DNA from: Dimorphilus gyrociliatus
Taxonomy: Eukaryota; Animalia; Annelida
DNA: 64,000 nucleotides
Assembly: GCA_904063045.1 (NCBI GenBank)
Contig: CAJFCJ010000005.1
Span: 243,310-307,309, forward strand
Direction: 5' to 3'
Shown here in pieces: positions 21,465 to 35,056 of this stretch (positions are counted from its first letter, which is position 1; each line of letters starts with the position of its first letter). The notes under the pieces are model-generated. The model did no database searches. It was not told the DNA's origin and saw only the letters and a list, made by a program, of their open reading frames with translations. A program made the position numbers and the translations under genes.

Positions 21465-24400
21465 TTAACGAAATCGAAAAATTTCGTTGTACAATAGATT
21501 ACGGGATTAAATAATGAATTTAATGGCATAACTACTATAACAATCCAAGGATAAACTCTCTCGTCCAGCAATACTTTTTCGCTTATTGCAAAAAAACCTA
21601 AACGAAATTAATAAACTGTAAAAACAAAAGGTTTTTATTCAAAGTCTTAGATTATAGTTAACCTAAAATTGATATTGGCAGAAAGCATATTGTATTTGTT
21701 AATACAATAAATAGACTTGTTCTTACTATATTCACAATTCTCCTTCGAAAAAGTACTTTATTTATCTTCCTTGATTTTAAAATATGTTTAATAATTCCGA
21801 AATAGAAGAATACTATTAATAATATTTCAAATATCATAAAAGGACTAAAAGTTGCAAAAGAAAATTGCCATCCGCCAGTCTTCTCTGTAGTTATATGAAG
21901 TGAGAAACAAACAGCCGATCTTGAATAATATTCCTTTCAAAGAAAATAACCATAAGCTTTATTATTATACTTTATTTATGAAATTTATTCCAACCTCAAA
22001 TAAGAAAGGTGGTAGAAGAGATAGAAAGAGAGAAAAAGAGAGGAATATAAGCAATGTGATAACATAGTAAGTTAGCTTAAAAAAATATTTTTTATACAAT
22101 AATGAATGACAAATTGCAAAATATCGTTCGGCGGTTATCAGTAGTAAACAAAAATTTGAATACGTTATCGACATATTCGCTAATACGCCGCAAAATGTAC
22201 ACAAAGCGCTATATCTCCAATTGGAATCGTACTCCATATAGACACCTCTGTAATATAAATCAGCTCCAGCAATTATAACCAAATAGATGTTTAAAATAAA
22301 ATCCGAAATGTGAAGGCAAAGATATAAAATACTCAAGTTTTTAAAGTTTTTCAACTGAAGAATAATTGCTGTTGTATTACCTAATGATCCAAAAAAGATA
22401 ATTATCCAGATAACAACTCTTAGATACCAAAATCCAATTAAATCGGAACAAACTTTAATAACAGACGAATCTGGTACGCATTCAATCATTTTGAATTTAT
22501 ATTTCTTTGTCATACAACACAATTGAAAACTTTCCGAGTATAACGTTTGTAAAGAATTCAGATTACTCAACAACTGCAACGACAATACTTTTGGTAATTT
22601 TGTCTTATTTAGATGAAGATTTTCCAGATTTCTTAAATGTTCAAGCGAATTTCCATCAAAGTATTCAATGGACAAATCAGAAATTTTCATTGTAATTAAA
22701 CGTTTCAACGTGGAGAATGAACTCTGTTCAATTCTCTTTAATAAACTATTTGAAATGTCCAAGTAGGTCAAATTGTTTAAATGTTCAAAGAATTCGGTGG
22801 GCAGTGAAGAGAAAGGATTGCTGCTCAAATCCAAATATTGAACGTTTCTCATCTGTAAACTAGCCTCATTTAACGGCAATTTGTCTATTCTGTTTCTCCT
22901 TAGGATCAGAATAATCATATTGTTTCTTCCGAGACGAGGAAATTCATCTATTTCGCTATTTTCGATAGAAAGTTCAACCAGCTTATCCATCTTTCGAATG
23001 TTGAATGCAGTTTTGAACGGCATAAACTTTAAGGAAAGTCTCTTCACTTCGTATTGAAATGTGAGATTGATCTGTTTCAATTGTAAACTATTTACGCATT
23101 GAACTTGAATTATTGAATGGCAATTGCAAGTTGGAGGACAACTAAACGACGTTGAATCTATACAATGAGCTTCGTCGTTTCCCTGATCGCAGTCAATGAT
23201 TCCATCGCATACTCTACTTAAATTTAAAAAGTTTCGCTGATTTTTACATTTGAATGAAGATGGAGGACCAAAGTTTTCTGTTCCGATAGAAAATCCAATA
23301 AATACACGTTACTTTATCAATTAATTACATTATATTCTTTATACATACTACAAGCATCTTCGTCATCTCCATAATGGCATTGTATGATACCGTCGCAGAC
23401 GTGTTTTAAAGGGAGACAGTAGTTTTTACCTTTGCATTGATATTCACCAAACTGACAGACCATATCTTCGCATTGAAGCAACTCAGTGAATGGAAAAGCT
23501 GCTCTAGTTTGAAGTTTTCCAAATGAGTTATATTTAATACGACAATAGGTTTCACTGGCGTTTTTAGTAAAATTGTATGCTTTATAGATATCTTTTATTC
23601 GAATATGATTTTTCTCGAGCCAATTGTCCTTATTTCTATTAGGGAAGAAACGTTAAAATCTCTCATTGATCACCGTGTAAATTACTGAAAAGAGAAATAT
23701 AAATTTATACAAGGAAAGTATTGTTGAACGACATTGTTCTGTTTGTTCGTCTTTTATTGATGAATATGTACAATCCGGTTTCAAATCACAAATTTGATCC
23801 TTTTTAAGGCAAATTTGTTCACAATAGTAAGTGCTACACCACTCTTGAAAAAGAAGAGTAAATATAATCTCTTACTTTATTATTTATATAGAAATAAATA
23901 TGAGTTAGTTCGTACGTTCACAAATCTTGCTTTCATCAGTTCCATCGATACAATTCTTTTCATTATCGCAATGTTGATCATTTGGTACAACTTGTTTATT
24001 TTGACAACGATAACTGTTACCAATGACAAAATGATAACTTTTATTCTATCTAATATTCAATATACTAGTAACGTTTACCCGTTTTCAGCATCACTAAAAT
24101 ATTCTGTAAAAATTTTATTAGAATTGTTAAAATACAGATCAATTAGCGAGATTTTCAATAATTAATACCGCAAAATGATTCATCACTTCCATCTGAACAA
24201 TCGTTAATAAAATTACAAACGTAATTAATAATTATTTGTTGTTTGTTGAAACATTGAAATTTAATGATATTTTCACATTCCAATTCGTCACTGCCGTCGT
24301 AACAATCATTTTCCCCATCGCAAACGTTAATAATATTAATGCAATACCTATCAGTTATACACGTAAATAAACCAAGAGGACAATTCGTTGTAGGCAATAA

Positions 24401-26957
24401 TTTAAGATTTTCATAACGAAATTCAAGTAAGAGATTTTCTAAGTAAGATAAAAGGTTTTCAATACAAACTATTTGGTAAAAGATACAATGACAAACCTAC
24501 AGTTTGTTCGCAAATAAAGAAATGTATAAATCTTTCAGTTTTACATTTAATTGTAAAAATGTTTGAATAGTCCATAACGAAGCAAGTATCGTTAGTTTTA
24601 CGTATAACTAGGTATTTGAGATGATTTTTGAATAGTATCCTAGGTACTTGATCTTCAAACATGTACTCGCTTTGATAATAAATCAGTAGTTGATTGATAA
24701 GAAAGTTATATGTCTATAACATTCCAACCTGACTGAAAAGGTTCCATACATTCCAGTAATTTCCCTGGGAGATTGAAAATCAATTGGAATACGTACATTC
24801 GCCACATATTCACTTTCAATGTTAATTTTAAAAGTTGTTTGTATCTTTAATCGAAATAGAATCTTAACCATCATAGCTTCGCCAATAGAATCCGTACTAA
24901 TTAAAGATTTATTCTCCTTTTTACAAATTAATCCCGCCTCGTAAGCCGTATACTTTTTGGATTTATTAAAAAAATCAGAAGGGTTTGTATAATGCATCGA
25001 ATAGCATTTTGTATCAAAATTAAAATCATCCTTTGATTTACAATCTTAGAATAAACAATAAGAAAAACAGAAATTCCATTGTTAATTATAAATGATAAAG
25101 AATGATAATTTTCTCTTTTTTACCTCTTAATGATGAATCATTTCTGCAATTCAGCAAGATTTTAGTTGAAAAGACATATTTTAAATAGTCTTTCTTTTGT
25201 AAATTAGTTTGGCAACATTCCAAATTTGTACAATTATCAGAACAATAAAGCATAAGGAACATATCTCTCCATGAACTTGGAGCGGGTAAAGGAATTGAAA
25301 ATGTTGCGTAATTATAACCAAAATATTTACAAACTTTCTAAAAGTTTGTTAAAAAACAAAAAATTGAATGAAATTCTATTGAATTCTTACGAAAGATGTT
25401 CCAACAATCAATGGATTCATTAAAACGTTTAACCATAAATTAAGAAACTGCTTTTGTAAGTAACCAACAAGAATATTTGGTTTATTATGCTGATGCTTAT
25501 AAACTGGTTGCGATTCGTGTTGAAATATCCTGAATTTTTCATCTAAACAACGAATAATACTATACAAGTATCCTATATTAAACTTGAACGCTTAAACCTC
25601 TAGTTGTAGAATTTAAACATTGAATTGCGCATAGGTTAAGTAAGTTATCATTAGAGATTTTTTGTTTATAGTAACATTCATCCAATGAACTAATTTCCGC
25701 ATAGCATACCGTTTCGAATATAGCCATTCTGGTAAAATGTCTAGTATGCTTTGGACACTCTTCCTGTAGAAGTTTTCTAGCTGTAACGTAATTTAATTTA
25801 CGACAAAGTATATGTTGAGTGAAAAACATCATTTGTTTCATAGGGAAATATATTGAAACTGTAACGTATTTTCTTGATATTATATAAGGGAAATATCTAT
25901 GATTTCCTAATGGATAGAATTCAAATTTCTCAATTGCTAGATCTGAAAACAATTGAATGTTTGTCTATATGAAATTTGAATATTAGATAATTAAACCTTC
26001 GATAATTGATGTACATTTTACACCTGTACATTTTGAAGGTGATCTTCTACCTTCCAGAGTAAAATTAACTTCGTTACCGAAGAATTTTTTACCCCTGGCC
26101 TCTACGCTTCTATAACCATCCGTATTTAGGAATAGGTATCTCTTTTTGCAAACATCTACCATTGTCAAACTCTCTTTACACAAACTGTACGTTTCCTTCT
26201 TATATCTAACAAATACATAATCTATTAAATCTCTATGACGCCGTCTCTCTTGTTTCCAGGTAAACAAGTCTAGTTGGTTTTTATTTGAAAATGGAAGAAG
26301 ATATAAGGGATAAATGAATTAATAGTATATTTGAAAGTGTTACATAGAGTGTTGGTTTTAAAACAAGTAATCTTTAATATTGGAAGAACAGAGAACAACT
26401 TTGGACAGTTACGTTCCAATAAGCCCTTTCTATTTTCGTATAAAAATACATTTATCATATAGTCTATATCAATGTTTACTTACATATGTGTTCTAGGTTT
26501 ATAATACGAAAACAGTTTTAAAATTGCTGTATGATTTTCTTTTAAACAATAAAGATAAAAACGATTATTTAAATCTATTTAAATGATGTTTGTTACCAAT
26601 CTTAACCAATTCTTTAGATAGTAAATTATACATTGGATCAAATCCTCCTTTTTTACATAAGCTCCTTCCCAGTTTAAAAGTGTCGGCAACATTTTCAAAA
26701 TAGGCTATACTTAGAGATACATTGTATTGCTTCTTTCGTCTTCTTGGCTTATATTTCACATATGCCGTATACTTTAAAGGTGTTTCTTCAATTTTCTGAC
26801 CAATGGCAAAATATCTATAGCTAGTTTTCATACTACTCATAGTAATGGAAAGACAATATTTAAATTCCTTTTTCTTCTTTGCCGAATATAACTGATGAAT
26901 TTCTATACTGATAATATAAATAAACAATGCAATAGAACATTTGCGAAGATGAAACAT
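21465..26957 (-). CDS. GRL101-like LDLa-LRR GPCR with SRCR and C-type-lectin-like ectodomains (copy L)
   Basis: Signal peptide at 26957. SRCR-like exons (GYLQ...W..V...VCKYFGY), a CLEC-like exon (KCYSMH..AYEAGLICKK), LDLa repeats ([13 protein letters not shown]), LRRs. 7TM has ERY in TM3, TNTICFLP in TM6 and PLNSLFNPVIY in TM7; TAA at 21465-21467. Confidence 0.85.
22398..23400 (-). repeat. Left copy of ~1003-bp near-identical inverted repeat (partner 31067-32069)
   Basis: The reverse complement matches 31067-32069, including a 71-nt intron. I found about five substitutions by eye; similarity falls off abruptly at both ends. Confidence 0.9.
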
Positions 26958-27297
26958 ATTCGAAAAAGTAAAGAAATAGAGACAAGAGTTTCATTTCTTT
27001 CTCCTCATCATTTTCTCTTCGTTTTCATTCATGTAATCAATCTTCTTTTATTGTTTATAACAATGAAAGCTATATAATATATTATATTATTTTCAATGTA
27101 ATTCATACGTTCTTCTTTCTTTTATTAAAAAATATTCAACTTGGAGAAAAATGAATAAACAGAAATCATAACAAAAAGAAAATTGAACGATTGTTTTCGT
27201 GTTTATATTAAGAAATTCCATTGAAATTTTCTACTGAAAAAAAGAAAAGAAATGATTAAATGACGAAGAAGGAGACAAACTACGATCATAATTCATT

Positions 27298-30200
27298 ATG
27301 ACTTGTCTAAGACAGTTAATAATCTTTAATTTCATTGTTGGCTGCCTATTCGAAAAGGTAATTCCAAAGTCAAAATTACGGACTGACGCTTTCTTTTTGG
27401 ATGAAAAAATGACGAAACTAAGACTTGGGGAGACGTTGTTAGAAGATGATGAAAAGATAACGGCTGGAATTTTCTATTTGGACACAATTTCAGAGAAACT
27501 ATATCCGATTACAATGCAAGATACTGACATATTGAAATACTCTTTCACAGTTCTTATTGGCATTGGTTATACATTATGTAGAAGGAACAGTTCCTACGAT
27601 TGTCATTTTAATATTCCGAATGAATATCAAGTCTATACAAGTAGTTATTTTATATTTGTAACATTACATTCCTAATAATATTTTCAAGATGAGACGGTCT
27701 TAAGAGTGAAATTTGGAAAATCCTACACAGGAGGCATTCATCTGTAAATACTTTTAATGAAAAAACTATCTTCTCCAACATAATCCTTTATTATTCTTTG
27801 TAGATATAGGGATAATTGGGCAACTGGCTATGCCTATGTAAAATTACTTAGGATGAGTTGCTTTAAAAAGAATAGGCCGAGTTGGTTTTGAGAAAATAAA
27901 CAATTTACATTGAACAATGATTGATTAATTATCTTTCTATTTTTATCAACAGTGTTCTATAGTTGGATGTCTACTAATAACACTAAAGTTTTGGTTCGGT
28001 ACAATAATAGATCATATTATCTCATTCCAGATGAAACTACAAATAAAACTCAAATTTGTCAAGATTTCTATCTCTTTCCAAAAAAGTTTAAACCTTCAAG
28101 AAAGAGATATTTTTACGGGAATAAAACACTTTTTAAATTATCAGGACGTTCCCCAAAATCTAAAGTAAGAGTTCATTGTCCAAAATCACCTCACGGTATT
28201 CAATTTATTCTATTCTATAAAATCTAATGAATACAATCATCTTCCCTGTTATGTTTCTATTCCTAAGATATAAAATTAGAAAAAGTAATTGATATATCGA
28301 ATATGAGAAATTCTAACATTATATTACCTAGAATTATATCAAGGAAATATGGGATGTTAATGCCTATTTTCAATTATTACTATAGTACAGTGGTTGCTTA
28401 TCACCTTTGCCGTCTATACAATTTCGACACTTTTAAACATGTACCCAAATCGTGTCATGCCGGAATTCATCTAGAATCTCAAATTTTCACTGTTAAATGT
28501 TTCTTTAATTCAACATCTTTTTATAATTGCGAATACTATGATGCTCTTTCCCTGCAAATGTGTTCTATAGAATGTACAAATGTGTCCGACAACGTTCAAG
28601 GTTCGGAACTAAGATAAAATCTCTTTTGTAATTCCATCTGATTTGTTTCTGTTTGAAATAGCTAAATACCGTCTCTACACTGTAAGTGGTAAAGCTTTAT
28701 ATAAAGATTCCAACAAAAAACCGAATTCTATTATTGGATTTCTGCAAGTTAAAACATTTAGTAAATGGCTATATGTATCACTTCCATCATTTAGAAAAAA
28801 CGTCTCCAATGTATGTATATGTATTTAACTGTATTTGAATAAGTTATTTGGAGCTTTCTCTATTCTTCTTCTTCTTCTTCTCTCTGTCTCTCTGTATCTG
28901 TAGATTGTATGCAAATATTTCGGCTATAAACATTCAACTTTAAGTCTGGCCAAAATAGTTGACAAAGAAGTAATAGAAAGGGAAATGTCTTGCTCAAGTT
29001 CTGAGAGTAAATTGGACAAATGTTACTATAGATATCCAATAGCCCATAATAAGTTTCGCTTCAAACAAGCGTATTGCCGTAACGATCGACCATTCAAAAG
29101 TACTTGAACAAATGTTCTAAAAATAGAATAGCGATATTTAACATTGTTGCTTTGTTTAAAGCTTGCCCAGAAGAGAAAGATTTCTTCTACGATGGAAATT
29201 GTTACAAGTATTTTCATGATATACTTTCGGTAAATAATCAAAAGAGCGATAGGATCAACTATCGGGAAGCTCAAACTATTTGCAGTCGGTATAATATGAC
29301 TATTATCAGCTTAAACACTATTGAAGAGTTAGTGATGATGGAATTTTCTCAATCGGAAAAAGAAATGCATAAGGTTATAGAGTACGCTGTGGACGATATG
29401 ACACACCTTGTAGATTTTCAAGCAATAGGTAGGATTAATTAAGAGATTATGTTGAGGAAGAGTAAAAACTAATTTTCTCTATTGTTTAAAGCGTTCAACG
29501 AACTAACGGAAGTTACTGGATTAAATGGATATGTTCCCATATTGTATAATTATTTAAATATAAGCATAAAGCCATATAATGCTGACCTACTTTATTGCAA
29601 AACTATAGACTTAAACAAAGAAATGATATGATGTCAATAGAGAATTTAAAAGATAACTATGAAGGGATTTTGTATAATAGAACATGGGATAAATGCTATG
29701 GAGTGCAGAAGAGACAATTACGATCAATTGGTTGTTTAAAAAAGCTTCCTATTTTAATGTGTGAAGATAAAAATAGTAAAAAAAAATCACTATTGTTTAC
29801 TAAAACAATAATAAATACACGGCGAAATTCTAGATGAATTCTTTCCAAAAATTCAATTTAACTATTCGCAAATCGTATCATTATCAATTAAATGCCCTAT
29901 TACTATGTTTACATGCGAAATTGATGGTTATTGTATTAATTACGTCTACGTTTGTGACGGTAAAAGGGATTGTTACGACGGTTCTGATGAAAAATCTTGT
30001 AAACGTTACTTTATACCTTTTAAATGTTTGAACGGTGAAGAAATATCAACAAATTTCGTATGCGATCATACTAAAGATTGTCAAGACGGAAGTGACGAAA
30101 CGTTTTGCTGTAAATATTGACCATTTTTTCCACAAGTAATCATTTCTTTATCATTCATTTCATTTTTAAAAGTTTTTGACTGTGCTCAAGATAACAATAC

Positions 30201-33038
30201 GTAATACTATCTTATCATAATTAATGAAAATAGGTCATTCTTTATGGTGTTTAAACATTTAGTTTTAGGTGTAAAAATGGGCAATGTATTGCACGAAATC
30301 ACTATTGTAATAATGAAAAAAATTGTATAGATGGTAGTGACGAAGGACCTCAATGCGAAAGTAAAAATAAGTAAGAAATAACCATTTTAATCGTAAAAAA
30401 CTATGATTTATAATGGCAGGTCTTTGTCCATTCTATTTTTGCGATAATATGTGTCATGGTTCAAGCCAATTCTGCCTTTTTAAACCGGATTGTTTCATAA
30501 AGGACAGAATTTTAAGGCATTTTAACTCTTGTGTGGAAACTTTACGGTAAAAATCTTTTATGAAATAACAAAATAAACTTACAACTGAAAGGTTAAGGTT
30601 AGGGTTAAATACTGAAGAAAATGTCCACAATTTTACCTCTTTACACCAATTCTAACAACCGGTCGACAAACTATTTCGTACTTTTTTCAGCCTCTAGTTT
30701 AGCACTAATTCTAGTACAGAAGGAAACTAAGTTTCGATAGGCCAAACACTAAAAATACCCATAGACTTGCCACAGACATTAACTTCAGTAGACATTTTCT
30801 AATTCTTATCTTTTAATATAAAAAGACAATCTCTTTCGATGAAAAACTTTTGGAAGGCTAAATATAGCACAGATGATATATTGAAGGCTCATGGTTATTC
30901 GAGAGAAAACAGTGAAACCTATTGTAGATTACGATACGATTCATTTAAACGATTAAAAACATTATCGAATTATCCATATAACGAATTGGCAAATTGCACA
31001 AACACAAAATGTCAGATTGGGGAATATCAATGCAGGGATAAGAACTATTGTATTCGATTAGAAAATGTCTGCGACGGTATTATACAATGCCATTACGGAG
31101 ATGACGAAGATGCTTGTAGTATGTATAAAGAATATAATGTAATTAATTGATAAAGTAACGTGTATTTATTGGATTTTCTATCGGAACAGAAAACTTTCGT
31201 CCTCCATCTTCATTCAAATGTAAAAATCAGCGAAACTTTTTAAATTTAAGTAGAGTATGCGATGGAATCATTGACTGCGATCAGGGAAACGACGAAGCTC
31301 ATTGTATAGATTCAACGTCGTTTAGTTGTCCTCCAACTTGCAATTGCCATTCAATAATTCAAGTTCAATGCGTAAATAGTTTACAATTGAAACAGATCAA
31401 TCTCACATTTCAATACGAAGTGAAGAGACTTTCCTTAAAGTTTATGCCGTTCAAAACTGCATTCAACATTCGAAAGATGGATAAGCTGGTTGAACTTTCT
31501 ATCGAAAATAGCGAAATAGACGAATTTCCTCGTCTCGGAAGAAACAATATGATTATTCTGATCCTAAGGAGAAACAGAATAGACAAATTGCCGTTAAATG
31601 AGGCTAGTTTACAGATGAGAAACGTTCAATATTTGGATTTGAGCAGCAATCCTTTCTCTTCACTGCCCACCGAATTCTTTGAACATTTAAACAATTTGAC
31701 CTACTTGGACATTTCAAATAGTTTATTAAAGAGAATTGAACAGAGTTCATTCTCCACGTTGAAACGTTTAATTACAATGAAAATTTCTGATTTGTCCATT
31801 GAATACTTTGATGGAAATTCGCTTGAACATTTAAGAAATCTGGAAAATCTTCATCTAAATGAGACAAAATTACCAAAAGTATTGTCGTTGCAGTTGTTGA
31901 GTAATCTGAATTCTTTACAAACGTTATACTCGGAAAGTTTTCAATTGTGTTGTATGACAAAGAAATATAAATTCAAAATGATTGAATGCGTACCAGATTC
32001 GTCTGTTATTAAAGTTTGTTCCGATTTAATTGGATTTTGGTATCTAAGAGTTGTTATCTGGATAATTATTCTTTGTATATTATTATTTAATTCGTTAGCG
32101 CTGGTTCTTGAAATAAAAAACTTTAAGCCGTCGAGTATTATATATCTATGCGTTCATTTATCGCATTTACTGTTAGGCGGCTATCTAATTATGATAGCAA
32201 GTACGGATCTAGTCTATAGAGGTTCCTATATGGAATATGATTCTGAATGGAGGTACAGTAATTTGTGTAGTTGTACTGGAACACTATTGAATGTAATAGT
32301 AACTTTTTCAAACTTGTGCCTTGTAATGTCAACTGTGGATCGATATTTATTGATAAATAGTGGATTTTCTTATAAGAATTTTCACAAGACAATGAATTAT
32401 ATAATAATAATGATGATATTATTCATATTTTCAACTATTTATGCTGGTTTTCCATATTTCTTTCTTGAGGTTAATATAATAAAAATACAAAGATTTCTCT
32501 CTGTTAAAAACTGTTATTCATTTCAAAAAGGACTACTACTCTAAGTCAATATTTTGCTTTTCAATACATTTAAATTGGAAATATTCAATGAATTGGTTCT
32601 ATTCAATTATATCTTTGAATATATTATTATCATTTAAAATATTAATGATTGTATCGTTATTCATACGATCTTTAAGTGTTTTATCAGAAAATAGAACAAA
32701 TGAATATAGAAAATTGAATAGTTGGAAAAAAATTCAAAATATCCTTAAATTATTCTATCTTTTATGTTTTTGGGATTTTGGATTAATAGTGCAATTATTG
32801 TATATTGGTATTGAAATTTCTCTGCTGTAAGATGGAGAGTTATATTATCTAATTCAATTTTTTTATAGATTTAACATCATTTGTACATGACGTTCAATTT
32901 GAAGAGGATCTCTATTCAATTATCTTTATTTTAGTAGTATGCATTCGTGGAATATCATTGCCTTTCACTATTTGCTATCGACATTTAATGAAGCTTTTTA
33001 AAAGTTTTAAAACACGTCATTTAGTATTAATGTATTAA
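27298..33038 (+). CDS. GRL101-like LDLa-LRR GPCR with SRCR and C-type-lectin-like ectodomains (copy R); TM6/TM7 motifs degenerate
   Basis: Signal peptide at 27298. SRCR ([29 protein letters not shown]), CLEC ([21 protein letters not shown]), LDLa repeats, LRR exon 31190-32469 and DRY in TM3. Last exon after intron 32808-32868 reads [12 protein letters not shown] (no NPxxY); TAA at 33036-33038. Confidence 0.8.
30661..30756 (+). mobile_element. Fragment related to the Tc1-like TIR at 50792, inside the long GPCR intron
   Basis: GGTCGACAAA and TTTCGATAGGCCAAACA both occur in the left TIR at 50792-50840, in the same order but with different spacing. Confidence 0.4.
31067..32069 (+). repeat. Right copy of ~1003-bp near-identical inverted repeat (partner 22398-23400)
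   Basis: Covers the end of an LDLa exon, an intron, the last LDLa, all LRRs and the start of TM1. The ORF-track proteins are identical apart from K/E until VVIWII. Confidence 0.9.
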
Positions 33039-33990
33039 TTTCGTATACATTTTTAAAAATGCACCATTCATACGAATTCCCCCTTCTATTTGTCTTTTTA
33101 TTCAGTGAGAAAGGAATATCGGATAGAAGTAATCTTGTTAAAAATCGATGTAGGCTTATATTCAAGTGAATTTAACTTTGGATTATTAATGTTATTTTTT
33201 TTTGTAAGGTTTCACTTTAATTCAAAATTGGCGGGAAAACAAAATTTTTATGGTATCTTATTCTTTATTTAGAAAGTTTACCAAACTTTCTATTAAGAAG
33301 TCGAACTATTTTACTATTCTTTCATTATCGAAAGATCTTTGTATAGCAATTAAATTTTTTCAAGCCAAGAATTTAACATTCAAACCGCAAAGTGATAAAT
33401 TAAACGTCTATTATACGGTAAGCATTAGTTTTTATAGGATGCAAAAATTGAATAGGATTTTTATTTTTGTTACTTTTTAGAGAAAGGTTAAAAGATTCAA
33501 GTTTTTCATATCTTTCCAAGATTTATGTTATAAAGAAGATTTAAAATCTACTTCTGAAGATATATTTGTTTATGGATCTTTTATTAAATCGATATTGGAA
33601 ATTAGAAATATCATTTAAAAATAAACAATAAAAACACCAAGCAGTAAAAAATTTATTCAAGTTTCTTGAACATTCAAAAAACGTTTTTAAAGAATTCAAT
33701 AAATAATATTTCCGACAATCATGTAAAGCAGGTATTCAAGCTAGTCGTTTTACGATTAAAAGAGAATAGTACAATAGGTTTCCACCACGTTTCTCACACT
33801 CTTTCTAGTTCCCTGTTCAAACAATGGTTAACTGAAACTAAAAATAAGAAAATTCCTTGCATGAACGTAAAAATTTGAATAAAGTAGAAAAAAGAAGTAA
33901 GAAATTTAGGGTATAAAGAGAAGGGGGAATTTTTTAAATTCATATAAAGGCAACAATTTTGAATTAGAAGAGGACATTTTGTTAATAAAG

Positions 33991-34850
33991 ATGAAGATAT
34001 TTATCGTTGCCTTATTGATTACTTGTATACAATATGGAGGAAGCATAAGGTGTCGAACTTGTACAAATTGCGATAAAGATCCTGGAACTATTACAAACTG
34101 TAAATCAGGAGAAGCCTGTCATACATATAAAAGTATTATTGAATTGTTTTTCTCGATATTTTAAAAAACCTTTCTACTCTTATTTAGCTAGTACAATAAC
34201 AAGGAAAGAATGCATGAACGCCACAGGAAAAATATATTATAACGTTTGTACAATTACAAAAGATAAGTTGGCTGTTTGTTTTTGTTCAACTGATGAATGC
34301 AGCGACAAATATGATCCAAGCCTTGAAAGACAATCAAAAGGTTTTGATCAAATTGCCTAAATTATATAATTTTATGTACTGTTATTTATTATTGATTTTC
34401 CCATTAAGAAATTAAATGCTGGAATTGTACTTCCAAAGAGCATTCTTGGTGTGGCAAATCACTAAAACCTCCTTCAGGGGAAAATGTGGAAAAATACCAA
34501 TGTTCAATTAATTTGCAAGAAGGATCATGTGGATTTTATGCTGATCAAACAGACCCCTCAAGTAAATTCTTGATATAATATTATATAGCCGTTTTATGTA
34601 TATATCATTTTGACTACTAAAAATATCTTCAGATATAATATATAGCCGAATATGTCAGCTTGTTCCCCTGAATGGTTGTGCTAAACTCAAAACCGATAAG
34701 GCCAAACACTGTTCATGTGGGTCTGACAAATGTAACGTAGACGAATCTACAGCGTCATCATCATCATCATCATCATCATTATCATCCCGTACTTTGCCTT
34801 CTTCATTTTTATTCTCTACCCTTTTAGCATGCATTCCCTACGGAATTTAA
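33991..34850 (+). CDS. Secreted, probably GPI-anchored protein with two Ly6/uPAR (three-finger, quiver-like) domains
   Basis: Four exons. Signal peptide MKIFIVALLITCIQYGGS; domain 1 IRCRTC...CFCSTDEC; domain 2 IKCWNCTS..WCG...CSCGSDKCN; then poly-Ser and a hydrophobic C-terminal tail; TAA at 34848-34850. Confidence 0.75.
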
Positions 34851-35056
34851 AATTTTATAAGAGAAAAGAGTATTTCTTTTATCGTAGTTATAGGATGATT
34901 ACATATATAATACTACAGTATAATGGAATCATAATTATTATCTATTGTTGTTTATTATTGAATAAAAGGACAATTTCTTTATTTAACTTTGATTATTCGA
35001 TACATTACAAACATCCGACATACACTAGACTAGATTTACACTAAACGATTCAGCTG

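Noticed and set aside
30590-30610. Telomere-like GGTTAAGGTTAGGGTT (similar at 14546-14556)
   Set aside because: Only one or two imperfect TTAGGG units; too short to call an interstitial telomere or a defined element.
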